Part shown: positions 22,850 through 35,970 of the stretch, in pieces
How positions within the stretch are numbered: the first letter of the stretch is position 1
Layout: each line of letters opens with the position of its first letter
Origin: Chlorokybus atmophyticus
Lineage: Eukaryota > Plantae > Mesostigma and Chlorokybus algae
NCBI GenBank assembly: GCA_009103225.1
Contig: RHPI01001292.1
Coordinates: 1 to 64,000 of the forward strand
Length of the DNA stretch: 64,000 nt
Direction: 5' to 3'
Translations under genes and position numbers: made by a program
Notes under the pieces: generated by a model
Told to the model about the DNA's origin: nothing
The model's input: the letters and a program-made list of their open reading frames with translations, nothing else
The model's database searches: none

Positions 22850-25150
22850 GGAACCCTTATGTAATCCTCCATAGGTAGCACTCCGTTACACCGTGTCATT
22901 ATGGCGTCCTGAGCGGCCATCTCTTGAAGGCCTTGTCGAATTGCAGTCTCTGCCTTACGCCACACTTTTTGATAGGTTTGTGCGGATTAAAACCACCGGT
23001 TTGAACAAGTTTAACACTTATATTTTATCACCTTTTTAAACACAAACATACCCTCTGTTCGTTCAGTTGTTCTGTTGTGGACTCTATCTGTCTTAACAAT
23101 AGGAATAGTCCTTCTGGCATGCGTGTAAGCTCAGCGCACTTGCTTTCAGCTAGGTTAAATATCAAATAGGTAACCCACCTTGGGTTTCTGCTGCGTATCG
23201 TAGCTAGAATTGAGGAAGCCAGCTATGTTCCCATAGCGAGGGTGGCCATCAATGACTAGGCTCTGGCGGCGTGACACGTCATTAATGACCTGCAGATGGT
23301 ATCGCTGATGGTGCTGGTGCTCCTTTTAAGGGAATGTCTTTTTATTCTCTTGGTAGGAGTACCACTTGCCGTCAAAGACCATGATGCGTTCACCCTTCAT
23401 AATAGGATGGCAGGTGAACAAGCCCAACCCTGCGCCAGGGATGTAGAAAGGCTTGATGACGAACTCTTTGCCAGCGAAATGGAAGAATTCACCTATGGGA
23501 ATTGGACCGTTCATCCACAGCTGCCATGGTTCACCGGTCGCTCTATGTATGGGCTTGCGGTTGGGAAGCAAATTGTCACTCTACAAACAACAAGTGACGG
23601 TAACTTGGTGTGAGTTGTCATAGGCTGCAGCTGAGCAGTCCATGCAGCTTGGCGCCCATGGCATGTGATCAGCCTGCATGATACCATGCGAACAAAGACG
23701 CACCCGCAAATGTTCTTGTAGCGTTCTGATGGCGGTGGCAACTCCACAGTATTAATCCTCGTCTTGGTGAATTGATTGACCTCGGCTGCAGCATTGATCA
23801 CAGCCTTTCGGGCCTGCGCTGATCGGTGTTGCCTTGACGTACTTGGCTTAACAGCTTGTGGGGCATCGACTACAGGTTGGTTCACCCCGCCACCATGTGT
23901 GTAACGAAAATGGTAAGGATATCATATACATTTAACGACTCACAGACCGTCTCAACGTATGACATAAGGCGACGCGCAACATGTCCTAATCAGAGCACTC
24001 AAAGAGTATTTGCATGGTTACTTACAGGTGTTTGGGGAGTTTTGAAAGATCCGGTTGCCGATGACGTTTTTATTTTCATGCCTCGCCAGCTGGCATGCCT
24101 CGGCTTCTTTGCAGGTGGCCTCACCTCTTCCTCCTCAGATTGCTCTGCCAATTCCAACACCTCTTCCGCAGCCTTCTGCGCCGACTCCTCCGACCCCTCC
24201 AACATCACATCCTCGAGTTGTTCCTCGAGCTCCTGTGGCTCCCTAGTGACTGCCGCAGCAAAGCCGAACTCGATTTCCTCCGCTGTTGACGCTGCTGACG
24301 CTCAACTTGCAGCGGCAACACCTAAACCTTGCTACCGCTGACGCTTTGTCCGTTTTGGTGTGGCTTGCTCGTTCGGGTAAATGGGGATGTTATTGTAATC
24401 GTGCTCAGCGTCATCCCAGAATTTCTTGTTGTGTGTAACAAGCGACAAGGTTAGCAACGAAGGAGTTGTAATGGCAGTTTTTGCTAACATCTGCATGTGC
24501 TTACAAATGCAAAGGCTCCAGTGTGATGCTTTTGCAGGTACTTTTCGGTGGCTCTCCACACGTTGTAGATGGAAACCGTGCGCTGTTTTGGATGTTTTAG
24601 GGTCCGCACCCTAACATATGCTTCACGTAAGTAACTTTTTATACAGTCTTTTGCCTACATATCACTTCACTAGCATGTATACAACCATGCTTCTCTAAAC
24701 TGTGCGCACTTGTAGACCACAAACATCACGTAATTTTTTGCGCGTCTTTGAGTCTATAAGAACAAACGCATGTTCACAACATCACACGCACCCGCACTGC
24801 TTTGGAGAAATCATCCCCCATCCCTTCAGCTCATCTGCTATCTCCCTGTCGCCCTGGTTGGTGCGTCTGCGCATGTACCTGCAATATCTGATGTGCAGGT
24901 GCTGCGCGATCTTTGCAGTTTTAATGTGGGTGATTTCAGGATTACCGTTGGGCTGTTGAAGGCCCGCCTTCATGTTTTGCAGCAGTAGGGACAGTGCCGA
25001 TAGAAAGTCCGCTGGTGTGAAGGCTGCCTCCGAGTCTCCTGTGAAGTCGACAATGCCACAGACACGGTAAGATTGTCATTATCCATGGTGTTTCTTAGCT
25101 TGCTGATTTCTGCAACAAGTTGCTCTGGACTACACTCTTATGCAACACAA
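22850..25150 (-). pseudogene. Multi-exon gene with a C-terminal SET domain, embedded among TEs; intactness uncertain
   Basis: FVIKPFYIPGAGLGLFTCHPIMKGERIMVFDGKWY (SET motif I) at about 23350-23460. SLVIDGHPRYGNIAGFLNSS (counterpart of IDA..GN.ARFINHS) at about 23195-23260. Upstream exons are acidic or carry an NLS-like segment (EEEEVRPPAKKPR). Confidence 0.7.
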
Positions 25151-26479
25151 GCCAGCACTTCGCTACCACACCTCCGCTATCACCGCCAAAACTACCTTAC
25201 GCACACCAACCATCATGACCTACAGGCCGTCGGCGGCGGCACAGGCGATCGCATAGACCGCTCCGACAAACCCTAGGTCACAGGTATAAAAATTAAATTC
25301 ATTTGGATGTTTCTTTCGTTGTCAGACTCCGACAGTGTTTTGGTTGTTCGTTGTGTGTTGTGTTCGTTGTTTTGGTATGTGCGTTGTGCGCATGCGCTGT
25401 GCAATGTGCGCAGTGTAACTTCGGCATTGGTTATGGCAGCAGCATTAAGTTGCGTGCTGTAGGCTGATGTATGAGCCTTTTGCTAGCTGGAAGCTTAAGT
25501 GCGTTGTGCATAGTGTAGCAATGGCGACATCAGTGCCTTCTGCCGATCAAGCCTTCAACCTTAGGATAGAGGGCTAGAAAACCGGTGACAGACTTCTGCG
25601 GGAGAACTTTTCCTCTGCACCCCACCCATGTGCGAAACATGGACAAGTTCACCAACGAGATCAAGCAGTGGGCCAACATACCTGGTCATAGTTGGAAGGA
25701 GGTGAATTTTGGATAGGCGAAGCAAGTATCCTGCACAGCAGGCCAGCATTGCTAAGCTAGAGAGGTTTTGTGAGGAGTTAGAGCTGGAGCCGGCTAAAGC
25801 CTCGAGTGTTTGGTGAGGGCGTAGAGCTCCGCATGTCAAGAAGTCAGTTGAATCCTATGACGGTTTGCTTTGAATGCCTTGTGTAGATTGGTAACTTTTT
25901 AGTTGAAACCCGCCAGCCTTCATGCATATAGCAAGCTTTGCTAGCCCTCAAGCTGTTGCTGCTAGCCGATGTCGCCATTGTGGCAAGTCAGTTGATATCA
26001 CGCTGTTTGCCGAATTGTTATGCTATTTGACATAGATGGCTTGCTGTTTGGCTGAACTTAGCTAGTCTGCATGCATATGCAGCTCCTTTTGCTATTGATT
26101 TGTGTTGTTGTAAGTCGGCTGCCACTGTGGCAAGTTGGTTGCTATCACGCTGTTTGCCGAGTCGTCAAGTACTGCTTGTCAAGCTGTAACACTATCTAGT
26201 GCCTTTGGGTCAGCAGTGAATTGCATAACCCGTATACATTGGATCGATGCTATGAGGCTGCAGGTCTTAGCAATGTATAATTTGCTGTCTCTCTTGGTGG
26301 TGGTGCAATGCGTTCCATAACTCATAGGCCTTGCGCAGTGTCTATGAGATCTTGGGTCACAACAACGACACACAGGCATGACAGTCCGGGACAATGCGGG
26401 TTTTGAGACTAAAGCAGCTTGTTGGACATGTCGCTAACAACAATTGCTTGACAGTGCACATTAGAGCGCATTTTTTAAA

Positions 26480-27680
26480 ATGCTAATGAACATTGGAGGG
26501 GTGTTAAACAACGAGAACGCCAAGGCAAGACTAGAGAACAGCGGGTCCAATTCTGGGCGGATGTTTCTAAAGCAGAGCAAACAGCCAGACATGCCACAGC
26601 TGCTCGTTGCCATTTTTTAAGGTGGGGCAGAGTTTTCGTCCCTAACCATTATAGCCCTGCGCAGATCGTTATGCTGTGGTGCCCCTTGAGCGACGGCCCC
26701 CTTTCAGATGACGTGCTGCGGGCTACATGACTTCAATTCAGGTGCGGTCTATGTGTGAATGCAACACTATCACATTTGAACGGCTTAGCAAGCTGAACTT
26801 GCAGATGCTGTGTTGTGTTGTCTTACATACTCCCTGTACATACAGTGTTGACATGAAGACGCTTACGACCAAGGCAAAGTGTTTGACGATATAGAGCACT
26901 TTTCAAGAAAGCAACCATGTGTGCCCGTGGCCATTGCCACCATTCTTGAAATTGCTAAGGTGGATAAGCCTTGCCGCACGTACAGCGTGCAGATCATCAA
27001 CTGGCTGTCAATATTTTGCGAGGAAGACGACATATTGTCACTTGGTGCACGGTCTATGGTTTTGTCACTGCATGTCAACAAGTGCATAGCGTGTAGTTAG
27101 CACAAGTATGCACAAGTGAATCGCCTATGACCGTGACAACCGCTGGAGTGCATGTGCAGAGCGTGACGGTTGAGTGGCCACTTATGTTCATGAGCCAGAT
27201 GGGCACCTGCGTCTGTGAAAACGGGGAATGCAGCTTGAATAGGCACGTTGGGATGGGGGAATGCCAGGCGAGAGTACTTGAAGACATGGATGCGCAGCAA
27301 GAACAAGGCAATCAGTTTTGTTTGCTATGTGCTAGCAAGTTTATCAATTTAATTCATTACTGGTTGTGATCATGGTGTGCCCATGCAGGGCTCCGTCCGC
27401 GAGGTTACAGTGGATACTGAGCAGCTGGAGCAGCTGGCGGCTGTGTGACGTGGCATTGAGCAACCACTACAAGGGCGCAGGTTGGCCGGCAATGGGATTT
27501 TGGCGGAAAAAGGAGGTGGCGCTGATGGAGAGTTTGGCACCTCTTCCCTTTGGCGACCACGCCCGATGGGTAGCATCCAAAGCAGGCGCATCATGCAAGT
27601 GGTTGTGCTGTTTGCAATCAAGAAGAAGTGGCTTGGTGAAGACCCAATGTAGGATGGTCAACTCGGCTTGATACATACGA
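26480..27680 (+). pseudogene. Degraded multi-exon gene of unknown function, divergent from the SET gene
   Basis: Protein-like segments: NANEHWRGVKQRERQGKTREQRVQFW, DDQGKVFDDIEHFSRKQPCVPVAIATILEIAK, LSNHYKGAGWPAMGFWRKKE. Internal stops. Confidence 0.35.
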
Positions 27681-28439
27681 GGAAACGGCCATGTATGTTA
27701 TGCTTACAGACCACTCAAAGGTCCGCTCATAGGCTTGGCAGCTGTGATCAGTGCCATACTGCACTCTATAGGGTATGGTCATAAGCTGCTCGCCTGTAAG
27801 CGATTGTGCGGTGTACGAGCTGTCTGGCCTTTGTGTATGTGATTGTACACATTCGCCACTCATTGTCAATGCAGGCATGCCGGTTGAAAGTGACCACCTG
27901 CGCCCAAGAGGTTCCGCTTCATGGGGCGATGGGGAGCCAAGCAAGACGGCATCCTCAAAATCATTGATATCAAACATGTGCAAAGTTACTACGGTTACAT
28001 GTTGCGACTGTTACGTTACGTGTAACTTACGTGTCTATTCTTCAAGCATTGTACATTGCGTTCTACAGTTGCCGTGTTGCTCATATGCGGTGTGCGCGCG
28101 CAGTGTCTGCGACAACAGATGTTGGCGCACGCGGCGTGCACTTGTTCATTGAAAAGGCCGTCTACAATTGCAAGTGTAGAGCGATCAGAAGGAGCGTGTG
28201 AAGTGCCGAAATCACATGGTGTGCGCAGCGTGCGCTTAGTCTCATTATTGGCAGTTTATGAGCGCTGGTGACCTTAGTAGTAGCTAAGAGACCTTGCTGC
28301 AAATAGGATAGCTTTTTAACATTTTGCATGGCAAGCTGATTGATTCAAAAGTGCGCCATAAATCTGCATGAGACAACGCTTGGTCACACATGAACTTACA
28401 ATCACACATGTGGACTGACAGTTTGCGCAAACCGACTTC

Positions 28440-29781
28440 AAGTTGCCAACTAGCAATAGTGCCGAACACCTGCCCTCAGCAATCATCCAAGCCTTCTTGT
28501 TGTTCTCGTACTCCACACCGATGGGGATGGGAGTCCGTGTGCTCCCAAAAGACCTAGGTCTTTGAGACGTACCAATCAGCAAAAGGGGATATTTTTCGAA
28601 GCCGTCGGCATTCACACACAATGCTATTGTGAATCCTTCTCTCTCTTCCCCCCTCTCGCTTCTTCACTTGCAGTGACCAATGTGCAGCGTGGAAGAGCCC
28701 GGTGGAATACCCCACTCTCATCTATGTAGAAGGTGTTGGTAGCGCCGTACTCTTTAATAATCTCTGGCAAGTCAGCTCGGGCCATGTCGATCCCTTCTTC
28801 ATCTGCATCGTTGCTTCCCCGTGCAGTGGTTTAGCGGAGATGCCATGACAATTCTTCTTGAACCGATTTACCCACCCGTGTGATGCATTGAAGTCCTCTA
28901 TGTTCGACTTGCTAGCAAAGTCTTTGCCCTTCTCTATCAGTATCGTGTCTGTGATGATGGCATTGCGAGCTTGAGCTTGTTCAAACCATGCATACAGTGC
29001 ATGCATCCTCCAACTGAGGAGGTGCTGCAAGCCGCATGCGCTTGGTACTTGCAACAAAATTACCCCCCTGAGCTAGCGTCTCAACTGCCTTATCACGGTC
29101 AGTCAGCAACTTGGACAATGCACTCTGTTTTATAACCAATTTCAACTTGGATTTAATGCTAGCAATGAAATCCGCTTGCCTAACGTTGGCGTTTTCGCAC
29201 AATTCGTCGTACAACTCTAATATGCGCTTCTTGTCCTTCAGAGTGACGTTGCTACGCTTGGCGGGCTATGGTGCAGACATGATGAGCTACAAAACGCATA
29301 CAATGGCTTTGTGTTCACGGTAATAGTCACAATGCACACATACACACGAGCATGTGCACAATACACACCTTAGCACAAGCCCTTTGGAGCTTGAAGCAGC
29401 TGTTCCCACCGTCAAGGCGTCTACTGCTACCTAACTACACCTTTGACCGCGCCGTCGCCAACCGCCGCCGCCGCCGCCGCCGCATCTTACCGCGCTTTTA
29501 TGGGATAACCATTGCCTCTGTAACTAACGTAGCGGCTTAAGGCACCAAAGCACTCGCATGTGCACAAGGGCACAAGGGCAAATGCTTGCTTGCGCACAGC
29601 ACTGCTACCCCAATAAGAGCATATCACCACTAGAATTTTCATGCAGCAACATTTGTCTTATTACGTACAACATTATTCCACCAAGCGAAGGTATTTGCCA
29701 GTCAAACCATTGATGTTTTTATGATCTATCATCGTAGCGGGGTTGTTCCACTACAGCAAAGTCTTTTAACGGGGTAGACTG
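28440..29781 (-). mobile_element. pogo/Tigger DNA transposon, 3'-truncated: psq-like HTH, CENP-B HTH and start of the DDE_1 domain; one TIR retained
   Basis: LYAWFEQAQARNAIITDTILIEKGKDFA...FNASHGWVNRFK; FTIALCVNADGFEKYPLLLIGTSQRPRSF...YENNKKAWM. TIR TAACGGGGTAGACTG followed by TA at 29767-29783. Confidence 0.92.
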
Positions 29782-31327
29782 TATGTCAACGGGTGTGGTG
29801 CTTACCCTTTGGGGCAGGAGACGACTGCAATCATTGATGCTTTGCCGTCCATTCCTGCATGCACCAGCAGTTGGTGACTGACTGCAACAGCACGCAATGT
29901 ATAGGATATGCTGTCAGTAGTTGTAAACATGCATGACATCACTCACAGCATACCAACCAGCAAGCACCTTGTAACACAACCACCGAGCTATACACACTGT
30001 TGGTTCCAACCTCACTACACTACACTAGTCTGGACCTCCCCGTTAGGCATGCATACATGTGTTAGTAGTGCATTACCTGCCCACGCGGGCTCTGTTTGTT
30101 GGTGTTAGCCAAGGCAGCAGTAGCAGCAGCAAAGCACGACAACTCCCTCCCACCCGCCTGCTCTCCCTCTCCCCCGCCACCAGCTCTGCCATGCAGTTTC
30201 CGCTGCTGCGTTTTTCGCTACCCCAACGCTTGTACGCAAGAATGGCCCATCACACAACATCACAGTCATCGCTGTCAGCGCAATCTTACGATGTAGGCAC
30301 TGACTGCAGTGCTTAGTACTGAGAGTGATGGTCCGGTCTCAAGGAAGCAGCACTAACCGGCACAATGCTGTCAATGTTCTTGTAAACACAACAGGGTGGG
30401 GTAGTGGTAGTTAGCATAGTTGAGCCCGGTGGTCGTGTTGAAAGTGTGTGATGATGATGTTGGTGTGTGGCGCTGGCTGGTGGGATGCAGCTGCTGGCGG
30501 TGCTGTATGCTGTGTGTGTGGGCATCCGTTGCACGCTATCAAACTCCTCCCGGTTCTTTTGTACAACAGAGAGCTGCCAATGCAACTGTGAACCCATTCG
30601 TTTTGAAGGATGCACCTTGTGGAACCCAATGAGGTTACCAATACGTGAATGTAACACTTGCGTCAACAGATTGTTTGACTCAAGATCCTTCCAAAGGGGG
30701 AACCCAACCAACGGTTCCTATGTTACACAATAAGTCGCTACCTGCAGATACATGACAGACTACCTTCCACACAACTTTCAGACACTGAGTGTAGCGGCAC
30801 AACTGTCTCGTCATCTGCCAATGAAGGAGAGGAAGAGCCAGCCTTCAAGTAGCCACCTTGAGTAACCACACTCTTCAGACTTGCAAGCATTGCAACCACA
30901 TCCTCGTAGCCCGGGTGGGCACAACCCGAATGGTCGCTCTCAGACTGTTGGCCTAAATGAGAGCAGCCGCAAAACTGTTGCTCAGCCGCAAATCGCCCAT
31001 GCAGCCATGCCTGCACCTGCCAGGAATAGAGGCCATGCAGTGATAAGCAGCATGCTATGAATACAGAACAGCAGAGCACGTCATCAATAGACTGCATGTA
31101 CCTGCATGTACCTCTATGCATGCTGTTCATACTGCCAGCCACAATATGCTTACCTGCAGCACGGTTTAGCGCAGACTGCTTGCCCAAGTACCAGGCAATG
31201 AACATCGTCCAGCGTAGTCGAATGCAATTCTCCGCAAGCATCACGCACAAGCATACCGCAATCGTATCTTGATGCAAGCAGCGAACCAATATCCAAAAAT
31301 ACGGGCGCTTGTTCAGCTGGCAAGCCC

Positions 31328-32231
31328 CTACTCCTCATCCTTTGCCAAAGCAGTTTCATCGACTTCGAAGCCTTTGCGAACGCGTTTCAGCTCCTCATAC
31401 ATCCTGAGCAGCTCCTGTGCGCGCTTGTATTTGCGCAGGTCCTGCACAACAGGTATAAGCAAGCAGACAGGACTTTTGCAACAACTCGCATGGTTTTGCC
31501 CCATGTGTCACATGCGTACGGGAAGGTGTAGCATGCAATACCTTTCGAATGAGGAAGATGATGTCTTCTGTTTGCAGACGCCCACGGCGCGAGGATACAT
31601 CCAAGGCTTTATGCATCTGCACATGCATACGTGATGACAACTGGGAGCTCGGGCGCATCCGACATCAATTACACGAGGCTGATGAGCACGCACATGTTTT
31701 CTGACAGCAGCCAGATCAGCACCTCAGGCGTGCTCCCGACCCGGCTCATTATTCAGAATGAGACCAAAAGACTGCAAGACTATTGCAAAAACTAAGCTGC
31801 ATGTGACTGCAGGAAGCCTACCATGTCAGTCAGGTAGTCAACCACGAGCTCTTCAACAAGATCCACGGACTCCTGCAACGGCTGAGGATCGTCGCCAAAA
31901 CCATACATCATCAACCTGACTGCAAAAGGCAAAAGCAAGCTCGGTCCTTCTGCAAAGGCAGCAGCAGCAAGCCAGGCAGGACAAGTTACACACGCTAACA
32001 GACGCACGGCGCATGCCAACCGACAACACGGTTCAAAGCCTTCTGTCACTGAAACATATCTACGCTCCAACGCAACCGAGCTGGCAGCCCAGCAGTGCAC
32101 AACCAGCTCTGACTACTTCAGCAGCCGTTGACTGGTAGCTAGGATATAAGCGTACGTTCTTTGGAAAAAAGCCCCCGCTTTCTCTTGACCCCTCCACCAG
32201 CGCCACCCCCGCCATCGCCGCCCTTGCCCAT
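31328..32231 (-). CDS. TAF13: TFIID subunit 13, 120 aa, 4 exons (32231-32156, 31919-31822, 31616-31542, 31441-31328)
   Basis: Spliced product MGKGG...KRKRGLFSKELRLMMYGFGDDPQPLQESVDLVEELVVDYLTDMMHKALDVSSRRGRLQTEDIIFLIRKDLRKYKRAQELL. All introns are GT-AG and in phase (363 nt). Confidence 0.97.
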
Positions 32232-32578
32232 GCCGCCAAGCACAACACTCTACACCTCCGACCTGTAGGGCTCCAATAAGAAACAGTCACTGCCATGCAC
32301 ACGTTAGCTTATACACGTGCGTTACGTAGATAACTGATTGTTAGCTAGCTTTCCTTTGTCAGCTAACGGTGCCAGCAACGGGACGCCCGTTATGCTGCAC
32401 AACGTCAGCGTCAACCATCACCGTCATCTCTCACCAATCCAACCATTTGTGCAAACTGTGCGGCCATCGCTCACGCTGTGGCTCACACGCGGTTCACGCC
32501 AATGACGGTAGTTAAAGTCTTGGCTGGCCGGACACTCTCAGCCGTTTGTGTACCGATTAGGGTCTGGTTTTTAATGGT

Positions 32579-32586
32579 TAGGGTTT
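32579..32586 (-). promoter_or_regulatory. Telo-box (AAACCCTA) in the TAF13/trihelix bidirectional promoter
   Basis: TAGGGTTT on the + strand. Further copies at 36563-36570 (PHD gene intron 1) and about 25268 (upstream of the SET gene). Confidence 0.45.
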
Positions 32587-32620
32587 AGTTTTAGCGCCGG
32601 GCGTCAGTGTGGCTAGGAGC

Positions 32621-34603
32621 ATGGCTGAGGGCGTGGGCGTCGTTGGGGGCGGGGCATGGGGGCCGGCAATGGAGCCGGCTGTGGGAATGGGTGCCATGGT
32701 GGCTGGCGTGTCGGGGTCTGCTGGCGGAGCTGAGTACCGGGGCGCTGGCGGGGCGGCGGAGGGGCCTGCCAGCGTTGCTGGAGGTAGCGCTGCTGGCAGC
32801 GGCCGGGGAGCGCCTGATAGCTCGCCTGTTGGCGTCGCGAACGTTCAGCGCATGCCTGGCAACGAGTTGTTCGACTACCAGGTACGCTATTCAGATTGCA
32901 TCAGCGGTCGTAGCATCTCCTTCCAAGCGGCCGTAGCATTATCTGCATTTACTTGACAATGCTTCAAAACGCTAACAAGTTTCAAGCCGCTTATTCACAA
33001 GTACAGTCTGCTTGCTGCTTGACGGTATCATTTCTTGCGTGGCACGGCGTGAGAAATGATGCAAGCAAGTTCTTGGAGAAGAGCATAGCCTAAGCAATGC
33101 ACTGCTTTGCTGGGGTCTGCGCCAGTGACAGCCTTGTGTTGCTGTTAAGTGCGTGGTTTGCAATACTTAGAAGCACTCCGTGACGCGTTCAAACAAGTCT
33201 TGCAATGCATTGCTGTGCGTCTAGGAGTGTTGCAGCTGATGAACAGCACATAGCTGTGCATGACGCCAATGTTGCCAGCAAGTATGCGCAGTACTGCGTA
33301 GCGATTGATTTATGCAAGGCCTGCTGAATGGTGCGCGTTATGTGCCTCGTAGCAATGTTGCTCGATGTGTTCGTATGCACCAACAGCATGAAAGTCTTTG
33401 CGCTCAAGAAGTTGCCTTCTGTGCAGAACGTAGGTAAAACACCAGTCGGCACGCCACTTGGTGGAGGCAGGGGTACGGATACCCTCAGAGGAGGCAGAGG
33501 GCGAGGTCGCGGCAGGGGCCGGGGAAGGGGCGTTGTGAACGGTGATGGTGGTGGTTGGGGAAATGAAGCTGAAGAGGAGGAATTTGGTATGTTAGTACAC
33601 ACAGTGGCTTGATCAGTGAACTGGTTCTGAGCGGAGACTTGCAATTGCTACTTGCCTTATGACGTACTGTACCAGTAGATGGAGTGCGAATACGAGGTCG
33701 CCGGTGGCAGGTTGATGAAACACTGTTGCTTATACAAGCAAAGCGGGAAGAGCACATGCGCAAGCGAGCTGGAGACCCGCAGCAGGCGTCGCTAACTGCC
33801 AATCAAAAGTGGGCCCAGCTTGCAGCAGCCATGGATATCGGCAGGTCGGCCAAGCAATGCAAGCACAGGTGCGGCGGACCAGACTGGTTTCATGTCACTA
33901 CCACCAGCTGTGTTGTCCTACCCATGCCTGGCTTCAATCTTCTCCCCAAGCTTGTGTCCGAGTTTGTTTATGCATTGCTGATTTCATGATACTTCTTGCC
34001 AAGTTGTTTGCTTTGGGCGCAGACCTGTTACTAACAATTGCCACAACCTGCAGGTGGGAAAATATACTACCAGAGTATAAGGCTATCTACGAGCACAATA
34101 CACGTGCTGGCAACAAGGACTACTGGTCCATGTCGCCAGATGAACGAGAGGAGTACAGAGGAGCACTGGCACTTCCACGTCACTTTGACCGCACGGTGTA
34201 CGACGCCATTCACTCGTGGTTCACTGGACGCAACTCCGATAACTCCGCACAGGATATGTCTGGGCCACCTCAGGCAGAAGACGACGACATTGAACAAGAT
34301 CCGCAAGCAGGTGGACTATCCAGTAGGAAAACCAAGAAAAGACCAATAGCATCTTCACCCCTGAACAATTTGTCCAAAACCTTGCTGCTGCTTGAGGAAA
34401 GGCGGGAAAAACGTCGGGCAGCTGAGGCTGCTGAAGAAAGACAAATCAAGCAAAGTAAGATGCTGCTAACACTACTTACTACTTTCTGCCGTTGCCATGC
34501 TGCTGCACAGGCAGCAGTTCTGACTCCCTGTTTGTTGACAGCGCAAAATGCTGTGCTTGGAGGAATGGTCAACGTTCTCGAGAAACTAGTCAACAAACTG
34601 TAG
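32621..34603 (+). CDS. Trihelix (Myb/SANT-like) transcription factor, ASR3/SH4-like; 5 exons
   Basis: Exons 32621-32881, 33427-33586, 33679-33868, 34054-about 34455 and about 34543-34603 splice in phase. RRWQVDETLLLIQAKR...NQKWAQLAA...RSAKQCKHRWENILPEYKAI...YWSMSPDERE...LPRHFD. C-terminus LGGMVNVLEKLVNKL*. Confidence 0.85.
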
Positions 34604-35016
34604 TTGTGAACTATCTACACTAGAGCCAGCTGGTATGGTTTTCGTATAACAAAGTATAACTCTTATATATGTCTCAGGTTGCATGCTTGTGGTCACATGC
34701 AGGTAGTGGTTGTTGCGCTGGAGACTTGGCACATTGCGCCTTCGTTTAGCACAACAAGGTTGCTGTCTCGCAGGTGTACCGGCCGCACATTGAGCACCAA
34801 CCAGAAAGTACTAGTGCTCTATTCTGCATATAATTGCAATGTGCCTAGATAGTGCCATGTCCGCCAGACACAAGATGCCTGCCCTTATTGATCGCACGCA
34901 GCAGTCTTTCGGGATGTTTTGCGGGCTATGTGGGAACCAAATCTCTAATCCACGCAAAACCCATTGTATGAAATGACAACCTTTGCGCGGCATTGGATAC
35001 ACAGTACTCATACAGC

Positions 35017-35970
35017 TTAGGAGACGTCTTGGTGATAAGGTACCACAGCTGGATCATTGATTTGGACTTGCGCCCCAGCACCTGCTAAGGCGACTGTGGC
35101 CTGTGCAGCATTGGCAGCTTCTTGCTGCAGCTTCTGTCTCTGCTTTTCCTGCAGGTAGTCGTCCATCGCGCTTGCGCATGCCAGCGTTTCAAGAAAGTCG
35201 TCTTCTTCGTCCTCTTCTCGTCTCCGCTTCCGCCTCCCCTGGTCTTCCTTCATCCACATGGTGATTACTGTGATGAAGGCCATCACCAAAACCGTCAGGA
35301 GCCGCAGCCGCTTCTTCCATGCATCTGTACACAACGCAACTGGCTGTCAACTACACCTCACCATCAGTCAACTACGTCTGCACCTCAAACACTGGTTGTA
35401 AACCCTACGTAATGTGCGCAGGCAGGGATGTTATAGAATGACACACTGGAAGGAAACCTACCGTTACGTTGTTGAAGATCCGCTTCGACCTCCTCCTCTG
35501 CGAAACCTGAACCTCCATTTGAAGATGCTGCGAGCTGTTCAGCTTGGATGGAACCTGTGTACAACATGGCACTGTGAGCCTCGCAAAACGCGTTAGCACC
35601 ACATTCCTTTATCAATGGTATAGCGGTTTTGAGCTAAGGGAGGTGGGTTTGACAACCACGCTATTTTTTCACCACACAAGTGCAACATAAATGACTAATC
35701 ATACCACTCCAGGCTTATTAAGAACATTGAGAAGCATGTCTTATGCACTAGGCCTGCGAAACAGAGACGCTCCACCTCACCTTCAACAGCTTCAGCTGCC
35801 CTCTCCACCGCAGCCGCTGCCTGCACGAGCCCAGAGCTGGTGGCGGCAGCGGCTTCTGCTCCCTGTTGCGTCACCCCATCTAAACCCGCCTCCGCCTCCA
35901 ACGAGGCCGCAGTAGCCTCCGCCATCGCCGCCGACACCGCCGCCGCAGCGGCGGCGAGATCGCCCGCCAT
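35017..35970 (-). CDS. Uncharacterised multi-exon gene (Ala-rich N-terminus, hydrophobic stretch, basic/acidic C-terminal exon)
   Basis: MAGDLAAAAAAVSAAMAEA...; last exon AWKKRLRLLTVLVMAFITVITMWMKEDQGRRKRRREEDEEDDF...DVS*. Head-to-head with the PHD gene. Confidence 0.5.

Noticed and set aside
22790-22860. Shared terminus with 5271-5330 (AGGGCCTT...GG.CCCTG)
   Set aside because: The match is short and gapped, and its orientation relative to the neighbouring genes is inconsistent.
30467-30733. PLATZ-like zinc finger
   Set aside because: Only C..C...L.DS..F matches; the FCS..CK and YIINS motifs are absent.
34700-35334. Harbinger transposase or piggyBac zinc ribbon downstream of the trihelix gene
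   Set aside because: Only vague resemblance in stop-ridden frames and no DDE motifs; more likely a last exon plus 3' UTR.
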